From NCBI GenBank assembly GCA_951804945.1, contig OX638164.1, positions 7,626,001-7,690,000 of the forward strand: a DNA stretch of 64,000 nt, in the 5' to 3' direction. The position numbers were made by a program, and so were the translations under genes. Within the stretch, counting starts at the first letter, position 1. Each line of letters begins with the position of its first letter. Below the pieces are notes generated by a model. The model saw only the letters and a program-made list of their open reading frames with translations. It was not told the DNA's origin and did not search any database. Source of the DNA: Podarcis cretensis (Eukaryota). Shown here in pieces: positions 11,548 to 23,885 of the stretch.

Positions 11548-14149
11548 TATGCATGATATGGGTGTGACTGACTGCCAACCTCATTCACCAGAGGATCATT
11601 TTGAAATATTTGTGGTCTTGTAGTCGTGACTTCCTTGGGTTACTGTTGTTTGGGGGAAATGTAGGGGTGGGGGAAATCCCTTTGATAAGCTGGATCCAGG
11701 CCATTTTGGGGGTTATAGGTAATTACAGCCACCTTAAATTTAATCTGGGAGGCTCATTTGTCTATGCAAAGACCTGATGCCTGTAGGCTTAATTAAAATA
11801 CTGGTTGGTTGATAAACTTAAGTTTGTTTGTTTTTTAGCATTTACTGGAATGTGTGAAAGCTCAAGAAAATAAATATTATGTGTCAAGACTGGATGCAGT
11901 CAGCTGTCATAGAGATGTATAACTTAGCAGTTGAGTGCCAGCAGGATTGGAGTCAAAAATGGGGGAGGTGGGTGTTCATCTGAAACAGGAATCTGCTTAC
12001 TCAAGATTTATTATTTACAGACTTCATTAATTGCTTTATATTGGAAATACCAAACAGTGTATAAAAAATAATTTTTAAAAATTCTCTGCTTTTAGCAAAC
12101 AAACTACATGAACAATTTTACCAAGCTTTCAGCTGTAATACTTGAAGCCAGTCGACCCAAAGCCGTGGCAAGCTCTTTCCTACTGCAGTTTGGGCCTGTC
12201 ACACCAAATTGGGTGAAGTCACACCAAAGTCATGTTTTGGTCCGCCATGTTTATTCAAAATGGCACCCTGCATACAAACTTTGACAAAGAGCACTGCCTC
12301 CACTTTGGGGACACTCATGTTGAGTGGTGGTGATACAGTGAGAGGTGCACAAGCCTTTTGCCAAAAATGAGTGAAGTCACCCCATAGTGACGTTCCATCT
12401 TGATTCAAAATGGTGTCTGCCATACCAGTATTGACTGCCGTCATGACCTTGGGAACCCTCCTGCTGAGTTTGGCGATGATAACCAGCAACGGGACCCATA
12501 GAGTGGGCAGACCAGAGAACAAATGACTTTCCAAAATATATAGTACACAAATGGGGAGTGCCTGATGCTGCCAGGGAATCCTTAAAAAGCAAAAATATAT
12601 AGTGATTTATAAATGGATAGTGTAATACGTGAGTTTGGACCCGTCAAGCCAATGTTAGGAAGTTTTGCCAAAGTCAAGTTTTGGTCTGTTTTGATTCAAA
12701 ATGGTCAGCATCCAAACATCAGCAAAGCTTGCCCCTGCCTCCTCAGGAACCCTTGTTCTGAGTTGGTGATAGATTGAGTGGTGTCAGAACACATAGGAGG
12801 CAAACAGGACAGACAAGCAATAAACTTTCCCAAATACATAAGAGTCTCAAGTATGGAGCGGCTGGCTGGCTGACAGTCTGAACACGAGCACTTCTGTTAT
12901 GGGATAAGGATGCAGTGCAATGTTTTGTTTCAGGCCCTGCTCATCTGATCTAAAACTCTTGTCAATAGTCTGGTTGATGTCTAGCTTTTTTAAAATTCTG
13001 GATTTTGTATTGTAAGCTGTGTTGTCAATTAACTTTGCTACAGTTCTATCAAGCTCCATGCCTTCTCTCTGACCTACGCTTTGAAACAAGACTGGATGAT
13101 TAATATTTTAGCAATCATTTGCTGGCTGTACTTCAAAGCCAGCTTGAAATGATAAAAAGTCATTGGCGCTAGGCAAATAGCAGTGTTGGTTTTTAAAAAA
13201 ACAAAAAAACCTGCCTGATTGTAAAAGTGCACTTTGCCCTCCTCCCATTTATAATAAAATGGCTTGAAAGCCAGACAAAAATCCACAAATGCAAAACGTG
13301 GAATATTCTGCATGTCAGACAGAAAATGACATGCACAGCACTCCAGAGGATGGATCACTGGGTGAGTGAACATTTGAGTAATTATAGCTGGCCACAGGCT
13401 AAACATGATTCATAGGAATAACTGTTCTTTAAAAAGAAAAACAAAGGAAGTACCTTTTGGGCATTTGACAGTCATATCCTAAAGATGAGTAATAGCTCTT
13501 TATTTCAGTTCCAGACTTCAGCTCCATTTTTTCCCATCATTAAAGTTGTGTTGATCCTGCAGACGATATAAATACAGTAACAGGCACTTGGGTTTTTGTT
13601 TTTTTTTGGTCCAGTTTATGTGCAGTCCTGGGCATATGAACCACTGTTTCACAGTGCTTAATCTCTAGTACAGGGTGGGAGTGGGGATTTCAGCCTACTT
13701 TCCCTAATGGGCACAAACAAATGGTGAGTGTGGCCCATTGGGACACGTGGGCTGGAATGCAGGGAGGCCAACAGTAGGTGGAGTCAGAGCCAATGGCAGG
13801 TAGAGTTGGAGTCAATGAATTTTGCCTCCACTCTCCCTGCCGAGTTCTCCAAAGGCAACACTGCTACTGAGAAGTTGGCACTGCCACCCCCTCGACTGGT
13901 TTGCAGCAGGTAGGCAGGTGAGGTCTGGCTGAGGGCACGCTGAGCTTGGCGGAACAGTGCCCCAATTTGCCCTGATGGACCAGGTGGGGCACTGGCTGTG
14001 ATTGTTGCCCTTGTACAGTAGGCCCACTACATACATGTACATCTCTCTCCAGACAAGCAAGAAGCATGAATGTAACTGAAGGACACAAATAAACCCAGAG
14101 GAGGAGGAGGAAGCTGACAACCAGTGCCACCCCCTTGACTGGTTTTACA

Positions 14150-14555
14150 GCGTCTCAGCTTTGTCTACGTTGGCTTCGTCATGTCCACAGTATGGAAGAT
14201 GGCAGGATCCCCAAGGACGTGGTCTATGGGGAGCTGGCTTTCAGCGTCAGGCCAGTTGGCAAACCAACTGTGTTACAAAGATCTCTGCAGCTGGCACATG
14301 ATGTGGCAGCTAGCAACACCAGCTCTGCCATGTGGGAATCCCTTGCAGACAACCACAGTGCCTGGAGACAGGCAGTCAGGTCGTGTATCTATAGCAGTGA
14401 GCAGAGGAGAAATGACTGCTGGAAGGAGCACAGAGAGAGGAAATGCCCTGGTGCATCCGCAGCAGCACAACTGGGTGCCTTCATCTGCCCCAACTGCAAC
14501 AAAACATGTCTCTCCCGTATCGGTCTCTGCGACAACAGCAGGTGTTGCAACCTTC
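14150..14555 (+). mobile_element. RTE-clade LINE, ORF C-terminal fragment (degenerate)
   Basis: LRWLRHVHSMEDGRIPKDVVYGEL...RPVGKP, WESLA.NHSAWR, and terminal zinc-finger-like FICPNCNKTCLSRIGL. Confidence 0.85.
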
Positions 14556-15217
14556 CAAAAGCTTGGCCTCACCTCCAATGGCGCATTTAGGTAGGTGGGG
14601 TGCTGGCTGAGGGTAGACTGAGCTTGGTGGGGCAACCCCTCCCCACAAACAGTTCAGATTGCAAAGCACTTGAGAGGAACCTGAGGTTTAATATGTGTTA
14701 ATAAAGGATAGTAACTGAGTGTTTTTTTGTTTTTTGGGGCAGATGAGATGGTGCTCTATTTATGGTGCTACCTCGCAAAGTGTGCTAATGGATGCTAAAA
14801 ATACCAGCCCAGGTGACACAAGTAGGGCTCTGCCCGTCTAGAATGGTTGGGTACCTTGTGATGAATGGGCGGAAGGCGAGACTGACTAGGCCTGACTCAT
14901 CAATCCCAGTTTGCATGAGATTGCCTTATACAGGACCAGACCGTTGATCTTTTTAGCTTGGTATAAGACAGCTTCCTATGTCCTTAAAATCACACCTATC
15001 ACATGTGATCTGAGAGGTGGGTGTGTTGGACCTGATGCCCTCCAGATGTTTTGGACTACAATTTCCATCAGCCTGAGCTGGCAATGCTCGTCTACTCTGG
15101 TTTTGTCATGCTCATTATGTTCTGTGGACTGGTTGTTTTGGAGGAGGGGGAAAGCACCTGTCTCTACAGGAGCTCTGCTTCTCCAGAACATCTCAGTTAG
15201 CTGTGCACCATCTGGAC

Positions 15218-15352
15218 CAGTGTTTCACAAACTTGGGTGTCCAGGTTTTTTGGACTAAAATTCCTATCACCCCAGCTTAGCAGAACCAGTGGTCAGGGAT
15301 GATGGGAACCGTAGTTCAAAAGCAGCTGGAGACCCAAGTTTGGGAAACACTG
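15218..15352. mobile_element. Palindromic hAT MITE with a perfect 8-bp TSD
   Basis: TIR cagtgtttc(a)caaact / agtttgggaaacactg; TSD ATCTGGAC at 15210-15217 and 15353-15360. Relatives at ~20820, 27343, 29601, 33115, 35575, 38048, 41870 and 63040. Confidence 0.9.
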
Positions 15353-15576
15353 ATCTGGACCGTGGTCTGGACACAATGGCAGACTGGATGGGGCCCAGTA
15401 AACTGATCCTGAACCCTGGGAAGACTGAGGAGCTGTAGGTTGGAGGTTCCTGAGTCTGGGTGTTCTCCTGAATTTTTGTCACTAGAGGTCCAGTGGCTAG
15501 GATTGCCTTTTACCTACCACAGCTGGTGTATCAATTATGGCCATTCTTGGACAAGGATAGTTGAGGCCACGGTGAT

Positions 15577-15712
15577 TCATAGAATCAGGAAAGGATCCAG
15601 CAGATCATCTAAGTTCAATCGCCTGCAATGCAGGAATATGCACCTGTCCCCTACGGGGATCGAACCTGCAACCTTGGCGTTATCAGCACCATGCTCTAAC
15701 CAACTGAACAGG
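15577..15712 (-). mobile_element. SINE with tRNA-Ile-like head and CR1-like tail
   Basis: Minus strand cagttggttagagcatggtgctgataacgccaaggttgcaggttcgatcccc (A/B boxes), then ttcctgcattgca...gatgat...attctatga. Confidence 0.75.
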
Positions 15713-15779
15713 CTGGGCACTGATAGCCTCAAGACCCCATTATTGCAATGCAATGGGGCTACCCTTGCGTGCCTGGTCT

Positions 15780-16100
15780 AGAGGCTCCAACTGGTGACCT
15801 CCCTGGGGCACCAAAGTGACCTCCCTGGGGCACAAGCCTGGTTGGTGTGTATGGAGGTCCTGGGCTGGCCAGATGACAAGATACCTTTCTTGGCCTTGCT
15901 GATGTGGTCCAAAGGAAAGCAGAGAAAGTCATTTAGGAGCAGGAGTTGCCAGAAGCAGGACAAGGCACCATCCAACCGTCTTAGGGACTCCACTTCAGAT
16001 TTGTGTAGGGTTTACTCCTTAGCCTTTTCTTCTCCTGAAGATGTCCTGCAACGCACTGGGTACAGATTTTTCCTCCCCCTGAATCAACAGAGACTTGATT
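15780..16100 (-). mobile_element. Interspersed repeat, possibly RTE 5'UTR-derived
   Basis: Block ttactccttagccttt..tctcctgaag...tcctgcaa recurs at ~34873-34912; family assignment from recall only. Confidence 0.35.
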
Positions 16101-16191
16101 ACTGCATCTAATGTTACTGCCTTGGTCTTCTACGCCAACAAGTGTGCACTGACCCACTAGGAGGATTGGGTGGATGGGACATCTTATTGGG

Positions 16192-16378
16192 AGGGCCATC
16201 TCTCAGAGGTGGAGCATCTGCTTTGCTTGCAAAAGGTCCCAGGTTCAATCCCCAGCCTCTCCAGGTCGGGCTGTTAATGTCCCTTCCCCGAAACCCTGGG
16301 AACCACTGCCAGTCAGTGTAGTAGACAATACTGAGCTGTGTGCACTAAGGGCCTGACTCTGTATATGGCAGCAGCTTA
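16192..16378 (+). mobile_element. SINE with tRNA-Ala-like head
   Basis: ctcagaggtggagcatctgctttgc(t/a)tgca.aaggtcccaggttcaatccc head and body ending gacaatactgagct; at least 5 copies in the window. Confidence 0.8.
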
Positions 16379-16633
16379 AACCAGTTGCTACCTGGGGGAA
16401 GGTCTCAGTATTTTAATGTTGCTTGTTAGTAAAAACACATGGGAAATGAAATTTTGATTTTTTCAAAATGTTGGATTATGGGTTGTAGCCAATGCCAGTT
16501 TGCTAGATCGCTCAGAGTAGATCTACTGAAAATAATGAACACGAGTCACTTGGGTCTATTAATTTTAATGGGTCTACACAGAGTAACACTGAGTTTTGCC
16601 CACCTACCAATTACTTGCAGCACTGTCTGAAAC

Positions 16634-16634
<1 letters not shown>

Positions 16635-16676
<42 letters not shown>
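16635..16676. repeat. (TAT)n microsatellite
   Basis: ~14 units, read directly. Confidence 0.95.
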
Positions 16677-16678
<2 letters not shown>

Positions 16679-16699
16679 TGGTCGTATACTTGTTGAGCT

Positions 16700-18080
16700 T
16701 GTCTTTTAGCCCGGGAGTGCAGTGCTGAGTCGTCGCAATTTGATATAATATGCTCGGGTACTCATGCCATGTGTTTGCGCGTGACGGACCGGGGCCACCA
16801 CGCCTTGGGTCTGAAGAACCCCAACAGCAAGGGAAATTAGGGGGAGGGCAAACTCCCGGCCAAATTTGGGAGCTGCTCTAGTCCTTTGTGAGCCCCTCCT
16901 CTTTCTCTCCCCCCCCCCGCCGTGTTCTCGACACCCTCGGCTCCCCCCCCCCCCGCTTTCCTCCTCAAATCTGTGCCACTTGTGGCGAGGCGGCCTTCCT
17001 ACGGGGAGGAGGGGTGTGTTACACAGCTGCGTTTCAAACAACCGGCCGCTAGGCTTGGGGAGGGGAAAAGGTGGGGGGCTAAGAGAGAAAGCAGAGAGAA
17101 AGGCAGCTTCGCCCGCCGTTACGTTGCCCTCCTGTGTTTGCAATGGATCTGTGTGACCATCGGGGAGGGAGAGGCGATCCAGCGAGCGGCCACGCCAGCA
17201 TACATTAAAAGGCGCGCCTCCTCCAGCGACCAACCTGCCCCCCTCTCCAAGGTCTTGGATACGGAGGAGGAACAACTGCGAGGGAACTAACGTAGGTAGA
17301 CCGGGGGAGCGAGCGGGGAGGGAGAAGCGGGCGTAGCTCTTCTCCTAGAGGGGAGGGGTCGGCGGCGGCAGGAGGATCCTTGCAACACCCAGCGCGCTCT
17401 CCCTACCCATATCTTCGGCTAGCCCTAGCCTGCTTCTTCCCCCGGCAGCGCAGCGGTGTCGCGCGTCTCCCCTCCGAGCCCTCCTCGAGTGGCGCGGGTA
17501 AGCTTTGGAACGCTGGGGGTGGGGAGCGGGGCGGGGGAGGGGCCCTTTTGGAACGCCGAGGCGCCTTTTGGAACGCCGGGGACGGAATTGTGGCTACTTT
17601 CCGCCGCTTCCCTTTTTGCGCGCGCCGAGCGTTCTCTTAGAGACCCTCCTCGCGGGAAAAGGGGAAATAAAGGGGGTTGGGAACCCCACCCCCGAAACGC
17701 GGCGGCCGTTCCTACCCTCCCCACCCGGGTTTCCGAAAGCTGTAGCAGCTGACTTTCCAGCCCACCCACCTACCCCGCGTCTCCCCTCCATAGCGGCCTG
17801 TTTTGGAGCCCGCGGTGCTTCTCGCCTCCCTCTCCCTTTGCGCCTCGGAGGGCCCTCTCCTCTAATGAGGCGCGTTCTCGGCTCTGCTTTCGGTTCCTCG
17901 CTCCTAGAAGGACCTGGCGGATTGGAGGCGGCTGGGTTGGCTGGTGTCCCTGCGCTTCTTCCTTCTCCTCCAGGCGGTCATGTCCCCCACCTCCTTTTTC
18001 CGCCACCCCCTTATTTCAACTGCGAGGGGCGTGTGGTTTGGAGGGCGCAGATAAGAGCGTCTTTCCCAGTGTAAAGGGGC
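16700..18080 (+). promoter_or_regulatory. CpG island promoter of the downstream gene (CUEDC1 by synteny inference)
   Basis: The only strongly GC- and CpG-rich host segment in the window, with GC boxes and dG/dC strings. In mammals CUEDC1 starts just downstream of VEZF1 on the same strand with a non-coding exon 1 and a very long intron 1 (recalled). Confidence 0.8.
17230..17497 (+). other. Probable non-coding first exon (start approximate)
   Basis: TATA-like cattaaaa at ~17203, strong donor CGG|GTAAGC at 17498, weaker donor AAC|GTAGGT at 17292. Confidence 0.5.
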
Positions 18081-21000
18081 AAAAAGGGGTGTGTATGGGT
18101 GTGTTTTGAAGCAAAATGAGCTTTGCTTTGGGAGGGGGCAGAGAGAGAAGCATGGCTGATGTGGGAAGGGAATCAAGAGTTGGGAGTTGATTTGTTGTTG
18201 TTTTGACACCTACCTTTCAAAGTTTACTTCTTTGGCATTCCTTGTTTGCATAATGAGGCGCTGGAAGGCTGCTTTGGAGAGGTTTGGAACCTCCTTTCTT
18301 TCCCCAACGCTCATTATTTAGGAGGAACTGGTCCTGGAATTGTATTTATGCCATTTCTCTCTCCTCTTCTCACAGCCCCTCTCCCAAATAATCTGCTTTC
18401 CCATCTCCATTCCATAATCGTTGCACATTTGTTTCTCTCTCAAATTTCTTCCAAGTTCAGCATCATAGTAGTAATAATCCACAGTATTCTCATGAATGAA
18501 TATATATACTGCTTAATTGCCAAACACACCTTTTAAGCAACTTACAAGTATAAAACCAATTACAAAATAATATAATGGTGTGTAAATAAGAATGCACAAT
18601 AAAACAATTCAAATGAAACGTTGAAATAAGCATCCATGTATAAAAAAGCAAACACCTTTGAAGAGCGCAGCAGTTTAAAAAAGCAATTAAAAGAATTTAA
18701 AATTAAATATAGTAATAGTAATAAGTGTTTGCATTGAACTGGAGTGTTTTGATGCTGCCGATAATGTATTCTTGTAATCCATGTGACACCCCTGTCAGGT
18801 ATGCCTATGTTATTATCTCCACATTGCAGAGGGGATAACAGGCTGAGAGAGAATGGCTTTTTAAGGCTACATAGTGGGAGGTGAGATGAACTGATTTTAC
18901 TCTACTATGTAATGCCAGTGCTTGGTTAAAAAAGAAAAATGAGAGGTTCTGTATCCTGAATGGTGGGCTATCAGTTGTAATAAATGGGACCTAGTTATGG
19001 CTGGTTTATTAGTTTCTTCAATTTTGATACACACCAATGCAGTTCCATTTCTGAAATCTGTCTCTACTTTGTCATATAAATGCTATTGCTTGAGTGGCAT
19101 GGCAAATTGGCTACCTTTGTGCAGGTAAAAGCATTCACTAGTGTCTCTCAAATGCTCCAATTTGACAAAAAAGGTAGCAGAAAGCTTGCTGAGTGGGATC
19201 CACTGGTGGCCTACTAGGTTCCATTGGGTTCTTGGGCTGAAGTTGGAAATGACTGAACTGTCAGATTGTTTCCGAGTTTCCGAGCCGCACTGTTATGATT
19301 GAAAAGATTTGGTTCTCATTGCCTGACTCACTCTTGGCCAGTTGGAGTATTGCTTCCCACCTGAGAATTGATGCAGAAGCATCGCTGCTCACACTGTCTG
19401 CCAGGTGTTCCCAGCACACGGAAATAAATGCAGAAAGTGCTTTTCTAGGGGAAGGATGACACCTTGTTTCTGAGAAGAATCTTCCTTCTTCTATCAAAGT
19501 CAGTTTGATGGTTTGGATGTTGCCTGGGAGTTTTCATTGTTAACTGTTGTGACAGGATTTTATTTCATTGATGGTTGTTGTTGACATGCCCATCAAAGGA
19601 TGGAAATACTTGAAATCTGCTTGGAATTTTGAAACTTGCAAATAAGGAAGGTGGCAGAGACCATGGATTGGTTTATTGGCTGGTGATGTCACCGATGTCC
19701 TTTTCCTTATTGCTGTTCTTTGTAGAATTGGGCAGACCACAGGTTTTCCAAGATCTGTTTATTAACTTTGACCCTCTCATCTTTCTCACAGCACCTCTCT
19801 CACTTGGGCGGATAAAAGATTTTAGAAGGAGCAATTTGATAGGCTCAGTTGCAGGAATCTGAAAGATATTACTTGTACCTTGATTCTACCACACAGAAGT
19901 GATTTTATGTTCCATTCTTCTGTGCAACACCTTAACAGAATATATTTAATTAGATGCAGATGCAATTCCAAAACGTGGAATAAAGTTTAAATATGAAGGT
20001 GGGAAATGAATACAAAACGAAATACGATTTTCCTCCTGGAATAGAATTATTCAGGCTCTGCAATCCTGTACACGCTTGAATTCAACAGGGCTTAACTTCT
20101 AAGTAGGCATGTATAGGATTGCACTGTAAATCTGCTATGTATTTGGACAGCTGCCTGTTAGCTATGCATTCAGACATCTCTTAAGATATAATCAAAATTT
20201 GTGTGATGATTCCTGAGATCCATGAGCAGGTTTTTGCCTGTGTTTGGATACAACTGAACATCACTTTGAATCAAGATGGTGGACTGAACCTTTCAAAATT
20301 GCACTGATTGTAACTACTACACGCAATACAAGGGATGAGGCTACTAGTAGACTATATATTTCATCCTGTGTTCTGTACATGCTCCCGTTTATTAGTGACC
20401 CAATTAAAGAAACCTTAGTTGGCTGATTGTATGAATTTTAGTTGGTTGATTAACTAAATTGCATAAATTCACCCATTGATAAAACAATATCTGAATAGTT
20501 CTTTAAACTTGTAAAACATCTTGACCTATTTTTTATTACTCATTTTGCATAGGTCTCTGAAAGGTGACCTTCTTCACCTACAGACCCACTTGAGTGTTGC
20601 CATCAACAAAGCAGGACCCTCTTGGTCCTTCTGTGCAGTGTTCAAAATTCCTCTGGCGTGTTTAGCAGCTGGTGTATGCCCAGTTGCGACCACCTGCATT
20701 CTGCCCTACTGGTGCCAATGAGCATCTTTTAAAAGTGGGGTTTGATCACAGGGCAGCATTTCAGATTTTGGAAGGTGGTGGGGGCAAAGAGAAAAGATAA
20801 ACATCAAGGTTTAAAGCATATTTTTCCAATCTGGCGACCTTCAGATGTTGCTAGACTACAACTCCCATCATCCCTGACTACTGGCCACGTGAGCTAGAGC
20901 TAATAGAAGTTGTAGTCGAAAACATCTGGAAGGCACAAAGGTGATGTAAAGGCCATGGGTTTTTTTGATACCCTAGGAGTTAAATTACCAAATTAAATTT

Positions 21001-22118
21001 CCCAGAAACAGCATGCTTTAAGAGCATTTGCTGTGGTTACTTTTTAAAAGACCCATAATTATTGTGATATGATTGGCACAGATTAGAATACCACCCCCTC
21101 CCAAGTAATGGGACTGTGCCTTCCAGCATGCAAGCCCATTTAATAGTTTATTGTTGGTTTGCTATGGTCCTGTGCTTTCCTTGGAACAGGCCCCACTGAA
21201 TGCTGGGAGACTTCTGAGTGAATATGCCTGGAACTGGGTTCGAGCTCTGAAGCATCTTTGAGCAGGCTCGAGATCTAGGTTGCTCCAGAGGTGTGTTGTG
21301 GAAGCCAGTTAGTGGGACAGATGCATGGACTTAGCCTCTGAATTTGATCCCTGTATCCTCAATGTCTCTTAGTGTATCGGAATTAATTTGGGAACTGCTT
21401 GCTGACAGCCTGGATCACAGATGTCTGTTTTCTAAAACGATGTGGTTTATTTCCCTTTACATTCCTGTGGGCTGACAATAACTCGGCTTTGGATGAAAGT
21501 CTGCAAATGTTTCCAACTCAGAGCATACCTTCTCTTCGCCTCTAATGTAAAGAGTACATTTTCCAGATACCATCTAATACTGCAGTAATACAGTATATAG
21601 ATTTGCAGCCCTCCAGATGTGCTGGTGAAAACTGGCCTGGAAGAGGTGTCTGTGTGTGGGCAGAAACTGCTTCCACTTCACTTCCTGAATCTTCCTCACC
21701 TCCTTGTACTTTGTTTTCCTCTTGGTCTCTTTAATCTCGGGTGCTACCAAGTGTTTGGTCACTATGCCGTCGACTTTGAAGAGAAGCGGGAATCAAGCTT
21801 TGCAAGAACTGAGCTGCTAGGCCTAACCTCAGAGCACCTTGCGAAAGCTCAGCAAATCATAGAGAGGAGATCGGCTTAAGTTCAAGTTCAGACCTTGAAC
21901 GGAGCAGAAGAAGACTTAAAATGAGTGGTGAAAGAGTAGGCCAACCAGTTCCATCTGTCTGATGGAGATCTGAAGTGGAGGCTGCAATCCTCTGTACACC
22001 TTCCTGAGAGTAAGCCCTATATAAGACAATGGGGGTACTTCTGAGTAAGCATGCATAACATGTGTCATGTGGCAACATTCTCATATTTAAATCACACTGG
22101 ACACCAAGGAGAACTGCG

Positions 22119-22121
22119 GTA

Positions 22122-22157
<36 letters not shown>

Positions 22158-22640
22158 TTTTATTTATACCCTGCCCTCCCCAGCCAAGGCCGGGCTCAGG
22201 GCGGCTAACAAGCAATAATAAAAACAAGTTGAATGAATACAATTTAAAAACAAGATTAAAATACAACAATTAAAATATTGAAACATTAAAATATTAAAAT
22301 GCAGCCTCATCACAGGAGGAGAAAGGAAAAAGAAAAAAGAAAGAGGTGGAGGGAATCAAACTGGCTCCAAGCCAAAGGCCAGGTGGAACAACTCTGTCTT
22401 ACAGGCCCTGCGGAAAGAAATCAGATCCCGCAGGGCCCTGGTCTCATGAGGCAGAGCGTTCCACCAGGCCGGAGCCAGAGTTGAAAAGGCCCTGGCTCTG
22501 GTTGAAGTCAATCTAACTTCCTTAGGGCCCGGGACCACTAGGGTGTTGCTATTTATGGACCTTGAGGCTCTCCGTGGGGCATACCAGGAGAGGCGGTCCC
22601 GTAGGTACGAGGGTCCTAGGCCGTGAAGGGCTTTAAAGGG
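22119..22640 (-). mobile_element. L2-clade LINE 3' end with trinucleotide tail
   Basis: RAFSTLAPAWWNALP...SFRRACKTELFHLAF followed by 3'UTR; tail is (TAA)n on the + strand at 22119-22156. Confidence 0.85.
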
Positions 22641-23009
22641 TAAGGGATGAAAGCCATGGCTGAATCCTCTTTGTAAGTAGGAGAATCAAAATTGCACCTG
22701 GGTGCACCAGTGTGGTAACCCATATGCAAAATGCCCCGGCTGCATGCTACCCAGGGAAGGAATGAGATAAACACCATTGTGCATGCTGGCTGGGACTGAT
22801 GGGAGCTGTAGTCCAATAGCACCACCAGCCAGGGCTCAGAGGGGCTCAGCACATCTGATTACATAAGTAAAACTTGCATGTGATAAAGTGCTCAGAGGAT
22901 TGTTGGGGCAGAGGACTGAGGAAGCCAAGCATTGCGTATTGGTTGGTATTTTCCAAATCAACCCTGTGGTGTTTTTTTAAATGGGAAAACTATCAGAATC
23001 CAGTGGTGG

Positions 23010-23828
23010 AGAAATGGGATGGCTGGCGGCTAATGGATTGAAGTTGAATCCCGACAAGACAGAAGTACTGTTTTTAGGGACAGGGGGCCAGCAGGTGTGG
23101 GGGGACACCCTGGTCCTGAATGGCATAACTATGCCCCTGAAGTACCAGTTCTGGGAGTCATTCTGGACTCATAACTGTCCATGGAGGCGCAGGTCAATTC
23201 TGTGTCCAGGGCAGCTGTTTATCAGCTCCATCTGGTACGCCGGCTGAGACCCTATCTGCCCGCGGACTGTCTCGCCAGAGTGGTGCATGCACTGGTTATC
23301 TCCCACTTGGACTACTGCAATGCGCTCTATGTGGGGCTACCTTAGAAGGTGACTCGGAAACTGCAATTAATCCAGAATGCGGCAGCTAGACTGGGAGCGG
23401 CCGCCAGGACCACATAACACCAATCCTGAAAGACCTACATTGGCTCCCAGTACGTTTCCATGCACAATTCAAAGTGTTGGTGCTGACCTTTAAAGTGGCC
23501 TCGGCCCTGTATACCTGAAGGAGCGTCTCCACCCCCATCATTCAGCACAGACACTGAGATCCAGCACCAAGGGCCTTTTGGCGGGTCCCACACTGTGAGA
23601 AGTGAAGCTACAGGGAACGAGGCAGAGGGCCTTCTCAGCAGTGGCAACCAGCCTGTGGAATGCCCTCCCATCAGATGTTAAGGAATTACATAACATTTAG
23701 GAAACATCTGAAGGCAGCCCTGTATAGGGAAGCTTTTTAAGGTTTAATGTTTTGTTACGTTTTTATATATGCTGGAAGCCGCCCAGAGTGGCTGGGGCAA
23801 CCCAGTCAGATGGGTGGGGTACAAATAA

Positions 23829-23876
<48 letters not shown>

Positions 23877-23885
23877 TTATTATTA
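23010..23885 (+). mobile_element. L2-clade LINE 3' ~0.85 kb (frameshifted)
   Basis: WLAANGLKLNPDKTEVL, HALVISHLDYCNALYVGLP, QNAAARL, HITPILKDLHWLPV, RAFS..LWNALP; (ATT)n tail at 23829-23885. Confidence 0.9.

Noticed and set aside
15640-15712. tRNA-like sequences here and at 16192, 26870, 33348, 37517 and 60048
   Set aside because: Degenerate acceptor stems fused to repeat bodies; these are SINE heads, not tRNA genes.
16706-18074. Several 100-190 aa ORFs in the CpG island
   Set aside because: Expected from stop-codon scarcity in GC-rich DNA; low-complexity products with no homology I recognise.
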